A stretch of DNA of 64,000 nucleotides from an uncultured Actinomycetota bacterium (GTDB taxonomy: Bacteria > Actinomycetota > Actinomycetes > Actinomycetales > JBBAYJ01), in contig CAVWYQ010000001.1 in assembly GCA_963759255.1 (NCBI GenBank), positions 696,930-760,929 on the forward strand, given 5' to 3'. Positions 20,712 through 30,522 of this stretch are shown piece by piece (the stretch's first letter is position 1; every line of letters starts with the position of its first letter). The notes under the pieces are model-generated. The model was not told the origin of the DNA and searched no databases. It worked only from the letters and a program-made list of their open reading frames with translations. The position numbers and the translations under genes are program-made.

Positions 20712-21740
20712 TCAGGTGCCGATCCCGGCGGGGCGGCGACGCGGCCAACCGGGCTCGACCAGCGCGTCCTCCTCGGGGGTGGCGACCCGGAAGGGCGGGT
20801 CGACGGGCGCCGGCGGACCGGCGTAGCCCCCGCCGCGGGTGCGCCACAGGCTCGCGGCGACCGCGCCACCGATGAGCAGGGCGATGACCGTGAGCGACAC
20901 CGTGGTGGGGATCTTGTAGACGTCCACCTGCAGGGCCATCTTCACGCCGACCCACACCAGCACCAGGGCCAGGCCGAGCTTGAGGTACACGAAGCGGTGC
21001 ATCAGGTCGGCGAGCAGGAAGTACATCGCGCGCAGGCCGAGCAGGGCGAAGGCGTTGGCGGTGAAGACGAGGAACGGCTCGGACGTCACCGCGAAGATCG
21101 CCGGGATGGAGTCGACCGCGAAGATCACGTCGGTCACCTCGACCAGGACCAGCACCAGCAGCAGCGGGGTGGCCAGCAGCACCCCGCCCCGCCGGACGAG
21201 GAACCGCTGGCCGTGGAAGGTGTCGGTCATCGGCACCGCGCGCCGGAACCAGCCCACCACCCTCGACCTGCTGGGGTCGATGTGGGCGTTGCGGGTGCGG
21301 ATCATCTGCACCCCGGTCCACAGCAGGAACGCGGCGAAGACGTAGAGGATCGCGGAGAAGGCGTCGATGACGGCGGCACCGGCGGCGATGAACGCGCCCC
21401 GCAGCACCAGCGCCCCCACCACGCCCAGGAACAGCACCCGGTGCTGGAGCTCACGAGGGACGGCGAAGAACGTGAAGATGATCGCCCAGACGAACACGTT
21501 GTCCACGGCGAGCGACTTCTCGATGAGGTAGCCGGCGAAGTACTGCTGGCCGAGCTCGGCGCCGTAGACCTGCCACACACCCACACCGAACCCGACGCCG
21601 ATGCCCACCCAGACCGCGGACCAGGCCGCAGCCTCCCGGACTCCGATGACGTGCGCGCGGCGGTGCGCGACCAGGTCGACGGCGAGCATCGCGACGATGC
21701 CGCCGAGGACGGCGAACCACACCCACAGGGGGACGTCCAT
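20712..21740 (-). CDS. TerC/Alx family membrane protein
   Basis: EKSLAVDNVFV, QHRVLFLG, DVIFAVDSIPAIFAV. Confidence 0.95.
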   Translation of the reverse strand: MDVPLWVWFAVLGGIVAMLAVDLVAHRRAHVIGVREAAAWSAVWVGIGVGFGVGVWQVYGAELGQQYFAGYLIEKSLAVDNVFVWAIIFTFFAVPRELQHRVLFLGVVGALVLRGAFIAAGAAVIDAFSAILYVFAAFLLWTGVQMIRTRNAHIDPSRSRVVGWFRRAVPMTDTFHGQRFLVRRGGVLLATPLLLVLVLVEVTDVIFAVDSIPAIFAVTSEPFLVFTANAFALLGLRAMYFLLADLMHRFVYLKLGLALVLVWVGVKMALQVDVYKIPTTVSLTVIALLIGGAVAASLWRTRGGGYAGPPAPVDPPFRVATPEEDALVEPGWPRRRPAGIGT

Positions 21741-21767
21741 GAGACGAGAACCTTCCGGTCGGTCGAC

Positions 21768-21886
21768 CGAAGGTCTCCCCCGACCACGGGCGGGCGACAG
21801 ACGGCCGGCCGAGCGGTCCACCGCGCCGGGCCCCGATGGCGAGGCCGTAGTGACGACACGGTGCGAGGGGGTACTCCCCTTCACGA
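21768..21886 (-). ncRNA. yybP-ykoY manganese riboswitch
   Basis: Minus strand GAAGGGGAGTA...CGTCACTAC...GGGGAGACCTTC directly upstream of TerC, the canonical association. Confidence 0.85.
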
Positions 21887-22077
21887 ACACCACGAGGATG
21901 CCGGCTGGTGGTTGCCGCGTCAACTCTTCTCGTGCGGGGTCCTCACCGCGTCACTCCTGCGGAGGTGCCATCGTTCGAGCTGCCGGGCGACCGGAACGCG
22001 CACGTCGCCGGCCCGCCCGGCCAGATCCTCGTCCGCGCCGACCGGCTCGGCGGAGCACTCGACCCCAGGAGGACCCC

Positions 22078-22527
22078 ATGACCGGCACCACCGCCAGCGA
22101 CCGCCCGACGGTGCTCTTCGTCTGCGTGAAGAACGGCGGCAAGTCCCAGATGGCCGCGGGACTCATGCGCCGGGCCGCCGGCGACCGGGTCGGCGTCACC
22201 TCGGCCGGCACCGCGCCTGGTGAGGCGGTCAACGGCCTGGCGGCGCAGTGCCTGCTCGAGGTCGGCGTCGACATCCGCGACCAGGTGCCGCGCGCCCTGA
22301 CCACGGGGCTGACAGCGGCGGCGGACCTGGTCGTGGTCCTGGGCCGGGACGCCGTGGTCGACCCTGCCGGCGCGACGCCCGTGGTCGTGTGGGACACCGA
22401 CGAGCCGTCGGAGCGCGGCATCACCGGGATGGACCGGATGCGCCTGGTACGCGACGACATCGCCGCCCGGGTCGATGCCCTGCTCGCCGAGCTCGCTCAG
22501 CACGGGAGCGGTCTCACCGACGTGTGA
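22078..22527 (+). CDS. LMW-PTP/ArsC family protein (mycothiol arsenate transferase-like)
   Basis: LFVCVKNGGKSQMAA, DEPSERGI.GM.RMRLVRDDI. Confidence 0.88.
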   Translation: MTGTTASDRPTVLFVCVKNGGKSQMAAGLMRRAAGDRVGVTSAGTAPGEAVNGLAAQCLLEVGVDIRDQVPRALTTGLTAAADLVVVLGRDAVVDPAGATPVVVWDTDEPSERGITGMDRMRLVRDDIAARVDALLAELAQHGSGLTDV

Positions 22528-23557
22528 GCACGACCTTGAGGGCTCCCGTCTGGTCAGCCCTGGCGAAGGTGTCGTAGGCGTCGAGGAGGTCGTCGAGGGC
22601 GTAGCGGTGGGTGACGAGGGCGCCGACGCCCAGCTGGCCGGAGGCCACCAGGCGCAGCAGGGTCGGTGTGGAGAACGTGTCCACCAGGCCGGTCGTGATG
22701 GTCACGTCCTTGATCCAGATCTCCTCCAGGTGCAGCGTGGCCGGAGCCCCGTGCACCCCCAGGTTGGCCACCCTGCCCCCCGGGCGGACCGCCGACACCG
22801 CCGCCTCGAAGGTCTCGGGGAGCCCGACCGCCTCCATCGCCACGTCGGCACCCAGCCCGTCGGTGAGCTCGGCCACCACCTCGCGCAGGTCCCGCGTGGT
22901 GGGGTCGACGGTCACGTCGGCACCGAACGCCTTGGCGGCCTGCCGACGACCGGCGGCCGGGTCCACGGCGACCACGTGCGAGGGGCTGTACATCCGGGCG
23001 GTGAGGATGCTGGCGAGCCCGATGGGCCCGGCACCGACCACCACGACCACGTCCCCGGGCGACACCCGGCCGTTGAGGACGCCGACCTCGTACCCGGTGG
23101 GGAGGATGTCCGCGAGCATGAGCACCTCCTCGTCGGCGACCCCGTCGGGCACGCGATGGGTCGAGGTGTCCGCGAAGGGGACGCGCACCAGCTCGGCCTG
23201 AGTGCCGTCGATGCGGTGGCCGAGGATCCACCCGCCGCCGCCGAGGCACTGCCCGTACCGCTGCTCGCGGCAGAACCGGCACGCGCCGCACGCGGTGATG
23301 CACGAGACCAGTACCCGGTCACCGGGCCGCACCGTCCGGACCGAGGCCCCCACGGACTCCACGGTGCCGACCGCCTCGTGACCGAGCACCCGGCCGTCGG
23401 TGACGGCGGGGACGTCGCCCTTGAGGATGTGCAGGTCGGTTCCGCAGATCGTCACCGCGTCGACCCGCACGACCGCGTCGGTGTCATCGACGAGGACCGC
23501 GTCGGGGACCTCCTGCCAGGACGGACGACCAGGTCCGTGGTAAACCGCTGCGCGCAT
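22514..23557 (-). CDS. Zinc-dependent alcohol dehydrogenase
   Basis: ICGTDLH, GHEAVG, CGACRFC, GAGPIG. Confidence 0.95.
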   Translation of the reverse strand: MRAAVYHGPGRPSWQEVPDAVLVDDTDAVVRVDAVTICGTDLHILKGDVPAVTDGRVLGHEAVGTVESVGASVRTVRPGDRVLVSCITACGACRFCREQRYGQCLGGGGWILGHRIDGTQAELVRVPFADTSTHRVPDGVADEEVLMLADILPTGYEVGVLNGRVSPGDVVVVVGAGPIGLASILTARMYSPSHVVAVDPAAGRRQAAKAFGADVTVDPTTRDLREVVAELTDGLGADVAMEAVGLPETFEAAVSAVRPGGRVANLGVHGAPATLHLEEIWIKDVTITTGLVDTFSTPTLLRLVASGQLGVGALVTHRYALDDLLDAYDTFARADQTGALKVVLTRR

Positions 23558-23604
23558 TGCGTTGCTCCTTCGTTGGTCGGGCCGACGGACGGGCGGACCG
23601 GCGG

Positions 23605-24144
23605 CTAGGTGCGGACGCCGGGCGGCTGGAGGACGGGGCGCTCGCGCCCCCGAGGGCTGCCCGAGGCCGTGGCGGCGGCACGCCGCTCGGCCCTCAGCAG
23701 GAGGATCAGGCCGAGCAGCACGGGCAGGGACCACACCCAGAAACCGAACCCGAACACCATGAGGGCGACGTGGAAGGCGGCCGCCGCCAGGTACGCCGCC
23801 CTCATCGCCCGGCCGCCGAGGGCCACGGCGACGCCGATGGCCGCCTCCCCGAGCACCAGGAGCCAGATGAACACGGCGTGGTGCGGGACCACCAGCGACT
23901 GCCACGTGTCGCGCACGAGAGCCACGGGCGAGCCGGCTGCGAACCCGTCGTAGTCGGCACCGGTGAGCAGGAAGAGCGCGTTGACCGCGGCCCCGGCGAG
24001 CAGGAACAGCATCGCGACGGCCGCTCGTCCCAGCGTCCGCGCCCATGGCCGCTGCTCGGCCAGCAGGCCCGAGACGACGACCGTCAGACCGAGCGCGACC
24101 CACGTCGTGGCCAGGACCGCCATGAGGACCGGGTCGTCGCCCAT
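23605..24144 (-). CDS. Hypothetical multi-pass membrane protein
   Basis: Several hydrophobic segments; start overlaps the upstream stop codon. Confidence 0.7.
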   Translation of the reverse strand: MGDDPVLMAVLATTWVALGLTVVVSGLLAEQRPWARTLGRAAVAMLFLLAGAAVNALFLLTGADYDGFAAGSPVALVRDTWQSLVVPHHAVFIWLLVLGEAAIGVAVALGGRAMRAAYLAAAAFHVALMVFGFGFWVWSLPVLLGLILLLRAERRAAATASGSPRGRERPVLQPPGVRT

Positions 24145-24593
24145 CACGAACCGCCCACGTCGGCGTCGTCCGTCCCCGGCCACGCCACCACGTGGAACCG
24201 ACGCCCCGTGACGCTGGCAGGCTCGATACGGACCAGGTGCGGCTTGGTCTGCGGGTGCGACCGGGTCAGCGGGAGCTGGAGGGCCTCGAGCACCGCGTGG
24301 AGCTGCTGGACCTCCCTGGCGCGGCCCTTGACGACGACGCTCCACGCCTCGCGGCTGACCGCGTCGTAGCCGTCGACCTCGAAGGCGACCGGGCCGGCGG
24401 TGGCCCCGGCGAGCTTGGTCCCGTCGGCGGTACGGAAGACGAGGCTGCCGTGGTCGACGACATGGTTGACCGGGAAGAGGTCGGGGGCCCCGTCGACCAC
24501 CACCGCGAGCCGCCCGATACCCGCCTGCCGCAGGAGCTGCCAGCACTCGTGCTCGGCGAGGTCGAGCGGCGCCGACGGTGCGTTCGTGTCCAT
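24144..24593 (-). CDS. Pyridoxamine 5'-phosphate oxidase-like protein (Rv0080-like)
   Basis: ECWQLL..GIGRLAV..PDLFPVN..VFRT..GTKL..VAFEVD..WSVVVKG. Confidence 0.9.
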   Translation of the reverse strand: MDTNAPSAPLDLAEHECWQLLRQAGIGRLAVVVDGAPDLFPVNHVVDHGSLVFRTADGTKLAGATAGPVAFEVDGYDAVSREAWSVVVKGRAREVQQLHAVLEALQLPLTRSHPQTKPHLVRIEPASVTGRRFHVVAWPGTDDADVGGS

Positions 24594-24628
24594 CCCACGA
24601 CCGTCCGCCGCCGAGGTCGGGGCGACCA

Positions 24629-24693
24629 GAGACGAAGGTCCTGCCCGGGACGACGTCGGCGCCTCGCCTGGTCAGGGTGGGGACCTTGGTCCC
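24629..24693. promoter_or_regulatory. Two DosR/DevR-box-like sites in a divergent promoter region
   Basis: GAGACGAAGGTCCT (24629-24642) and GGGACCTTGGTCCC (24680-24693). Confidence 0.65.
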
Positions 24694-24745
24694 TGGGGGC
24701 GGAGGAGCCACCGGCGGAGGCTGGCAGCAACCAGGGAGGTGGCAC

Positions 24746-25312
24746 ATGACCTACCGACCGACAGGGGCGGGTCCCTCGGGCCGCGCCGAGCCGTCGACAA
24801 CCGCAGCTCCGCCCAGCATCACGGCCCCCGCGCCCACGTGGTCCGCCGGGTCCACCTGGTCCGCCGGGTCCGCCGGGTCCGCCGGGTCCGCCGGGTCCGC
24901 CGGGTCGGCGCCGGAGCCACCCGGACCGCCGCACGAGCGCGCCGCGGTCCTGCGCCGGCCGCGGGAGGGTCGCGTCGTCTTCGGGGTCGCGGCCGGGCTC
25001 GCGCGGTATCTCGGCATCGACCCGGTCGTCGTCCGCGTGGCGTTCGTCCTGCTCGCCCTCTTCGGCGGGTCCGGGCTCCTGCTCTACCTGGTCGGGGCGC
25101 TGGTCGTCCCCGTGGAGACGCCCGGCGACCAGGTCGGACGGGCGACCAGCGTCTCCCAGCACGACACCGGCATCGTCATCGGCGCGGTCCTGGTCGTCAC
25201 CGGCACCCTGGCCCTGGTCGGCCAGCTCCTCCCGCAGGCCTCCTCGCTCGTCGGCCCCGCGCTCCTGCTCGCAGCCGGGGTCGGGGTCCTCGTGGTGGCA
25301 GGCCGACGATGA
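24746..25312 (+). CDS. PspC domain protein
   Basis: LRRPREGRVVFGVAAGLARYLGIDPVVVRVAF; GGGAGG RBS; 9-bp (GGGTCCGCC)n coding repeat. Confidence 0.9.
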   Translation: MTYRPTGAGPSGRAEPSTTAAPPSITAPAPTWSAGSTWSAGSAGSAGSAGSAGSAPEPPGPPHERAAVLRRPREGRVVFGVAAGLARYLGIDPVVVRVAFVLLALFGGSGLLLYLVGALVVPVETPGDQVGRATSVSQHDTGIVIGAVLVVTGTLALVGQLLPQASSLVGPALLLAAGVGVLVVAGRR

Positions 25313-25935
25313 GCGTCACCACCGAGGCCACGCCTCGTCCGGACACGGCGCCGGTGGGTGCGATCACGGTCGGGACGCTCCTCGTCCTGGCCGGCATCCT
25401 GTGGCTGCTGGACGAGGCCGGCGTCATCGACGTCTCGTGGCCCGTCGCCGTGGCGCTCGCCGTCGCGGCGGTCGGGATGCTGATCCTGGCCACCGTGCGC
25501 TCGCCGCACGCCGGCGGCCTGGTCCCCGTGGGCATCGTCCTGTCGGTGCTGCTGGTCCTGACGGCGGTGGTCCCAGGCGTCCCGACCACCGGCGGCGCCG
25601 GCGACCGGAGCTACCGACCGACCAGCGCCACCGACCTCCGCGACCGCTACGAGCTCGGCGCCGGGACCCTCGTCCTCGACCTCACCGACCTCCCCCCGGG
25701 CACGACGGGCAGCGGGGCCACCGAGGTCTCGGTCGGGCTGGGGGAGATCTCGGTGCTCGTCCCCGACGGCATGGCGGTGGACGTGACGGCGAGCGCCGGC
25801 ACCGGCGAGGTGGACGTCATGGGCACCAAGGAGCAGGGCACCGGGCCCGTGGTCCGGGAGCAGCTCGTGGGCCGTGGCGACCCGCTGGAGCTGCAGCTGC
25901 ACGTGGGCATCGGGTCCGTCGAGGTGAGGAGGTGA
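25309..25935 (+). CDS. LiaF/DUF2154-like cell-envelope stress membrane protein
   Basis: N-terminal TMs then GAGTLVLDLT..VSVGLGEISVLVP..LHVGIGSVEV. Confidence 0.75.
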   Translation: MSVTTEATPRPDTAPVGAITVGTLLVLAGILWLLDEAGVIDVSWPVAVALAVAAVGMLILATVRSPHAGGLVPVGIVLSVLLVLTAVVPGVPTTGGAGDRSYRPTSATDLRDRYELGAGTLVLDLTDLPPGTTGSGATEVSVGLGEISVLVPDGMAVDVTASAGTGEVDVMGTKEQGTGPVVREQLVGRGDPLELQLHVGIGSVEVRR

Positions 25936-26138
25936 CCGCGCCCGTGGGTCGCGGCGCGGTCGGGCTGCACCGGGGCCGGCTCGTGCTGGGCGTGCTCATG
26001 GTCCTGCTCGCGGCCCTGTCCCTGCTGCGGCAGGCGGGCGTGGTCAGCCTGGAGCTCAGGTACGTCGCCCCCGCGCTGGTCATGGCCGCCGGGCTCGTGC
26101 TGCTGCTGTCGAGCGCGTCCGTCCGGACGCGGACCTGA
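25932..26138 (+). CDS. Small 2-TM membrane protein
   Basis: GTGA overlap, GAGGAG RBS, two hydrophobic helices. Confidence 0.6.
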   Translation: MTAPVGRGAVGLHRGRLVLGVLMVLLAALSLLRQAGVVSLELRYVAPALVMAAGLVLLLSSASVRTRT

Positions 26139-26150
26139 GCCGGGGCAGGC

Positions 26151-27074
26151 ATGGCTGCCCCGGCGGACGTCATCGAGGTCGCGGGCCTCACCAAGCGGTT
26201 CGGCAGCACCGTGGCCCTGGACGGGCTGGACCTGCAGGTCCAGCAGGGCGAGGTCCACGGGTTCCTGGGGCCGAACGGGGCCGGCAAGACGACCACGCTG
26301 CGCGCCCTGCTGGGGCTGGTGAGCCCGGACGCCGGCTCCGCGCGCGTGCTGGGGCAGGACCCGTGGGCCGACCCGGTCGACCTCCATCGTCGGCTGGCCT
26401 ACGTCCCTGCGGACGTCACCCTGTGGCCGAACCTGTCCGGCGGGGAGGCGGTGGACCTGCTGCTGCGGCTGCGCGGCGTGGACCCGGCCCGTTCTCGCCG
26501 TGACGAGCTCCTCCAGCGGCTCGCCCTCGACCCCACCCGCCGGTGCCGGGCCTACAGCACAGGCAACCGGCAGAAGGTCCTGCTGGTGGCCGCCCTGGCC
26601 GCCGAGGTCGACCTGCTGCTGCTCGACGAGCCCACCTCCGGCCTGGACCCCATCGTCCGCGACACCTACGTCCGGCTGCTGCGTGAGCAGGTGCACCGGG
26701 GGGCCACCGTGCTGCTGTCCAGCCACGTCCTCAGCGAGGTGGAGGAGGTGGCGGACCGGGTGAGCATCATCCGGGACGGGCGCCGCGTCCTGGCCGGCAC
26801 GCTGGAGGACCTGCGGCAGCTGCGCGCGACCCGGGTCCGTGCCCGCGTCCCCGCCCCGGCGGCCGCCGTGGCCCGGCTGGGCGCCGTCGCCCACGTCAAC
26901 GACGTCCGCCTGGACGGGGAGGACGTGGTGTGCACGGTCGACCCGGCGGGCCTCGCGCCGCTGCTGGGCGTCCTGTCGGCTGCCGGCGTGGTCGACCTCC
27001 GCAGCGACCCGCCCTCCCTGGAGCAGGTCTTCCTGGAGGCCTACCAGCCCGGCAGGGCGGTGGGTGTGACATGA
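26151..27074 (+). CDS. ABC-2 exporter ATP-binding protein
   Basis: GPNGAGKTT, YSTGNRQK, LLLDEPT. Confidence 0.95.
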   Translation: MAAPADVIEVAGLTKRFGSTVALDGLDLQVQQGEVHGFLGPNGAGKTTTLRALLGLVSPDAGSARVLGQDPWADPVDLHRRLAYVPADVTLWPNLSGGEAVDLLLRLRGVDPARSRRDELLQRLALDPTRRCRAYSTGNRQKVLLVAALAAEVDLLLLDEPTSGLDPIVRDTYVRLLREQVHRGATVLLSSHVLSEVEEVADRVSIIRDGRRVLAGTLEDLRQLRATRVRARVPAPAAAVARLGAVAHVNDVRLDGEDVVCTVDPAGLAPLLGVLSAAGVVDLRSDPPSLEQVFLEAYQPGRAVGVT

Positions 27075-28774
27075 GCGCCGGTGCCGCCGCGGACCTGCGC
27101 CAGGAGGACCGGGGCCGGGTCGAGCGCCGCGGGAGGTGGCGTGCGTGGGCGAGCCAGGGACCGGGCCTCCGCCTGGCGGGCCCGGAGGACCGGCGGGCCG
27201 TCCTCCTGCTCGTGCGGCTGGCGCTCCGCCGGGACCGGATCCTCCTGACGGCGTGGGCTGCCGTCCTGACCGCGCTGTGCCTGGTGTCGGCCCTGTCGGT
27301 GCGCCTGCTGTACGTCGACACCACCACGGTCGAGGCCACCTCCGCGGTCCTGGACGACACCCCCGCCGTGGTGGCGCTGTACGGCCCCGTCTTGGTGGCT
27401 GGCAGCGTCGGCGAGCTGGCCATGGCCAAGCTGACCGTCCTGTACGCCGTCGCGGTGGCCCTGCTCGCGGTGGTGGTGGTCCGGCGTCACACCCGGGCCG
27501 AGGAGGAGGAGGGGCGTGCGGAGCTGGTCGGCGCAGGCGCCGTGCCGAGGTGGGCCGGTCTCGCGGCCGCGGTGACCGTCGCCGCGGGGACCAGCGTGGT
27601 CGTCGGCGTGCTGGCGGCAGCCGCCGACGTGGCCGGGGGGCTGCCCGTGGCCGGGTCGCTGCTGTTCGGCGCCGGCTGGGCGGGCATCGGGCTCATCGGG
27701 ACCGGGATGGGGGCGCTGGCCTGCCAGCTGTCCAGCAGCGCGCGCACCTGCCTGGGGGCGGCAGCGGGCGGGGTGCTGGGGCTCTACCTCCTGCGGGCCG
27801 TGGGTGACACCGTGGTGACGGGGCTGTCGTGGGCCACCCCCTTCGGCTGGTCCACGCGGCTGCTCGCCTGGTCGGACCACCCACGGTGGTGGCTCCTGGT
27901 CGCCGACCTGGCGGTGGCAGGCGGCCTGGTGGCAGCCGCCGCGCTGCTCCAGGCCCGCCGGGACCTCGGCACCGGCGTGCTGCCGACCCGGGCGGGCCCG
28001 GCCACCGGCTCCCCGCGGCTGCGCGGGGCCTGGTCGCTGGCCTGGCGCTCGCACCGGGCCGGGCTGCTGGGCTGGAGCGTCGGCACGCTGGTCCTCAGCG
28101 TGCTCATGGGGGCGATGGTGCCCAGCGTCGGCGGGCTCCTGGACAGCGCCGGTGCGCGGGCGGCCGTGGCGCAGCTGGGGGGAGTCGGGGCCCTGGAGGA
28201 CATGGTGGTCGGGGCGCTGCTCGGTGTCGTCGCCGTCGTGGTCACCGGCTACGCGCTGTCCGTCGCCGCCTCGGCCGCCACCGAGGAGCTCCGCGGCCGC
28301 ACCGGGCTGGTGCTGGCCGCTCCGGTCGGACGTCGGCGCTGCGGCGGGGCGACCGCCGCGGTCGCCCTCCTCGGCGCTACCTGGCTCCTCGTGCTGACTG
28401 GCGTGGGCCTGGCCATCAGCCTCGCCGTGGCGGGGACCGCCCTGGGCCGCGACCCCGCATCGGTCCTCGGGGCCGCGCTGGTGCGTTCTCCTGCGGTGTG
28501 GCTGACGGCCGCGGCAGGGCTCCTGGTGGTCGCCGCCTGGCCGCGCGCCGCCGGTGCGGTGTGGGCACCGCTGGTGCTGTTCGTGCTGGCCGAGCAGGTG
28601 GGCGCACTTCCCGGCGTGCCCGCCGCCGTCGCCTGGGCCTCGCCGTTCTCCCACGTGCCCGCCATGCCCGCTGAGCCCTTCGACCTCGCGGCCTCGACGG
28701 GCCTCGTCCTGCTGACGGCCGCCCTGCTGACGCTGGCCGCGCGCGTCTACCACCGGCGTGACATCGGCGGCTGA
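27071..28774 (+). CDS. ABC-2 exporter permease (antibiotic transporter-like)
   Basis: RHTRAEEEEGRAEL, many TMs, C-terminal RRDIG. Confidence 0.88.
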   Translation: MSAGAAADLRQEDRGRVERRGRWRAWASQGPGLRLAGPEDRRAVLLLVRLALRRDRILLTAWAAVLTALCLVSALSVRLLYVDTTTVEATSAVLDDTPAVVALYGPVLVAGSVGELAMAKLTVLYAVAVALLAVVVVRRHTRAEEEEGRAELVGAGAVPRWAGLAAAVTVAAGTSVVVGVLAAAADVAGGLPVAGSLLFGAGWAGIGLIGTGMGALACQLSSSARTCLGAAAGGVLGLYLLRAVGDTVVTGLSWATPFGWSTRLLAWSDHPRWWLLVADLAVAGGLVAAAALLQARRDLGTGVLPTRAGPATGSPRLRGAWSLAWRSHRAGLLGWSVGTLVLSVLMGAMVPSVGGLLDSAGARAAVAQLGGVGALEDMVVGALLGVVAVVVTGYALSVAASAATEELRGRTGLVLAAPVGRRRCGGATAAVALLGATWLLVLTGVGLAISLAVAGTALGRDPASVLGAALVRSPAVWLTAAAGLLVVAAWPRAAGAVWAPLVLFVLAEQVGALPGVPAAVAWASPFSHVPAMPAEPFDLAASTGLVLLTAALLTLAARVYHRRDIGG

Positions 28775-28852
28775 CCCCCGCGCAGCCACCCCCGCACCAC
28801 CCGGAACCGGCACGGCACCGCCGCAACCCGCGGCACGACGGAGGAGGACGGC

Positions 28853-29734
28853 ATGAGCACCACCCTCGACAGGAACCACCCGGAGCAGGGCATGGTCCAC
28901 GTGTCCCGTGTGCTCGTGGGCTTCGACGGCTCCCCGTCCGCGCAGGCGGCGTTGGCCCACGCCACCGAGGAGGCTCGTAGGCGTGCGGTGCCGCTGACGC
29001 TGCGCACGGCGGTCGCGATGGACCTCACGCTGCCCCAGGAGCTCGCCCGGATGGACGCACGGACGTCGGCAGCGGTCGACGCCGCCATCGCCCGAGGACG
29101 CGCGGCGCTGGGCGAGGACCGCGTCAGCGCCACCTACGCGGCCGGCGACCCGGCGAGCACCGTCATGGACGCGGTCCGGCCTGGCGACCTCGTCGTCCTG
29201 GGCAGCCGGTCGCACGGCACCCTGGGACGGGTCTTCATGGGCTCGACGAGCACCTACGTCGCCACCCACGCACGGGTCCCGGTGACCATCGTCCGGCCCC
29301 GGACCGTGCTCAGCTCCCCGCCGACCGGCGAGCGGGTGGTGGTGGGCGTCGACGGCTCCGAAGGGTCCGCAGCAGCCACGCGGTTCGCCGCGGAGGAGGC
29401 CGAGCTGCTCGACCTGCCCCTGCGGGCCGTGCTCGCCGTGCCCGAGCCGAACCCCTTCGGCATCGTCACGGGCCCCGACGACCCCGAGGTCCAGCAGGCG
29501 GAGGCGCTGCTCGGCGAGGCGGTGGCGGGCGTGGTCGTGGACCACCCCGGACTGGTGGTCGAGAAGCTCGTCGTGCAGGGCCCCCCCGCCGAGGCGATCC
29601 TGGACCACGCCATGGGCGCCCGCCTGCTCGTGGTGGGCTCTCGGGGTCGGGGCCTGGTGCGCTCGACGTTGCTGGGGTCGGTGAGCCGGTACCTCCTGCA
29701 CCACGCCCAGTGCGACGTCACGGTCGTGCACTGA
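28853..29734 (+). CDS. Tandem-domain universal stress protein
   Basis: VLVGFDGS, VVVGVDGS, VVGSRGRG..LLGSVS. Confidence 0.93.
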   Translation: MSTTLDRNHPEQGMVHVSRVLVGFDGSPSAQAALAHATEEARRRAVPLTLRTAVAMDLTLPQELARMDARTSAAVDAAIARGRAALGEDRVSATYAAGDPASTVMDAVRPGDLVVLGSRSHGTLGRVFMGSTSTYVATHARVPVTIVRPRTVLSSPPTGERVVVGVDGSEGSAAATRFAAEEAELLDLPLRAVLAVPEPNPFGIVTGPDDPEVQQAEALLGEAVAGVVVDHPGLVVEKLVVQGPPAEAILDHAMGARLLVVGSRGRGLVRSTLLGSVSRYLLHHAQCDVTVVH

Positions 29735-29775
29735 GCACCTGGCGCCCGGACGCGCTGGTGCCTACGCTGAGCCGG

Positions 29776-30510
29776 GTGACGTCGCCAGACGTGAGGGTCA
29801 TGGTGATCGACGACCACGAGGTGGTCCGCCGAGGCGTGGTGGACCTGTGCGCCGCGGCCGACGGGCTCACGGTGGTGGCCGAGGCCGCGACCGTCGCCGA
29901 GGCCCTGCGCCGAGGTGCCGCCGTCCGACCGGACATCGCCCTGGTCGACCTGGTGCTGCCCGACGGCTCCGGCGCGGACGTGATGCACGGGCTCGGCACG
30001 TCGTCCCCCGCGACCCGGTTCGTCGTGCTCACGACCTACGACGACGAGGAGCTCTACGCCGGGTCGCTCGAGGCCGGCGCACGGGCCTTCGTGCTCAAGA
30101 CGGTCCGGGGCGAGCACATCGTCGAGACGGTGCGTGCGGTGGCGTCCGGACGGGTGCTGCTGGACGACATGGTCCTCCAGCGGAACCGTGCGCACGTCGA
30201 GGACCCGCTGGCGGTGCTCACCCCCAGCGAGCGCCTGGTCCTGGGGTGCGTCGGGGAGGGCCTGAGCAACCGCGAGACGGGGAGCCGCCTGGACATCACC
30301 GAGAAGACGGTCAAGAACCACATGACCTCGATCCTCGCCAAGCTGGGCTTCAAGCGCCGGACCCAGGCGGCCGCCTGGGTGATCGCCGGGTCCCGAGGTG
30401 GCCCTGCCGGTCCGCACGACGCGTCCGTGGCCCCCGCGCGGCCACCGCTGCCGTGGTCCGCCCCTGCCGCTGTGCCGTCCGCGCGGACCCGACGCCCCGC
30501 CGGAGGGTGA
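29776..30510 (+). CDS. DosR/DevR-like NarL-family response regulator
   Basis: DDHEVVRRG, LVDLVLPDG, EKTVKNHMTSILAKLG..RRTQAA; TACGCT -10 suggests leaderless start. Confidence 0.85.
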   Translation: MTSPDVRVMVIDDHEVVRRGVVDLCAAADGLTVVAEAATVAEALRRGAAVRPDIALVDLVLPDGSGADVMHGLGTSSPATRFVVLTTYDDEELYAGSLEAGARAFVLKTVRGEHIVETVRAVASGRVLLDDMVLQRNRAHVEDPLAVLTPSERLVLGCVGEGLSNRETGSRLDITEKTVKNHMTSILAKLGFKRRTQAAAWVIAGSRGGPAGPHDASVAPARPPLPWSAPAAVPSARTRRPAGG

Positions 30511-30522
30511 CGGCGCGACGCC

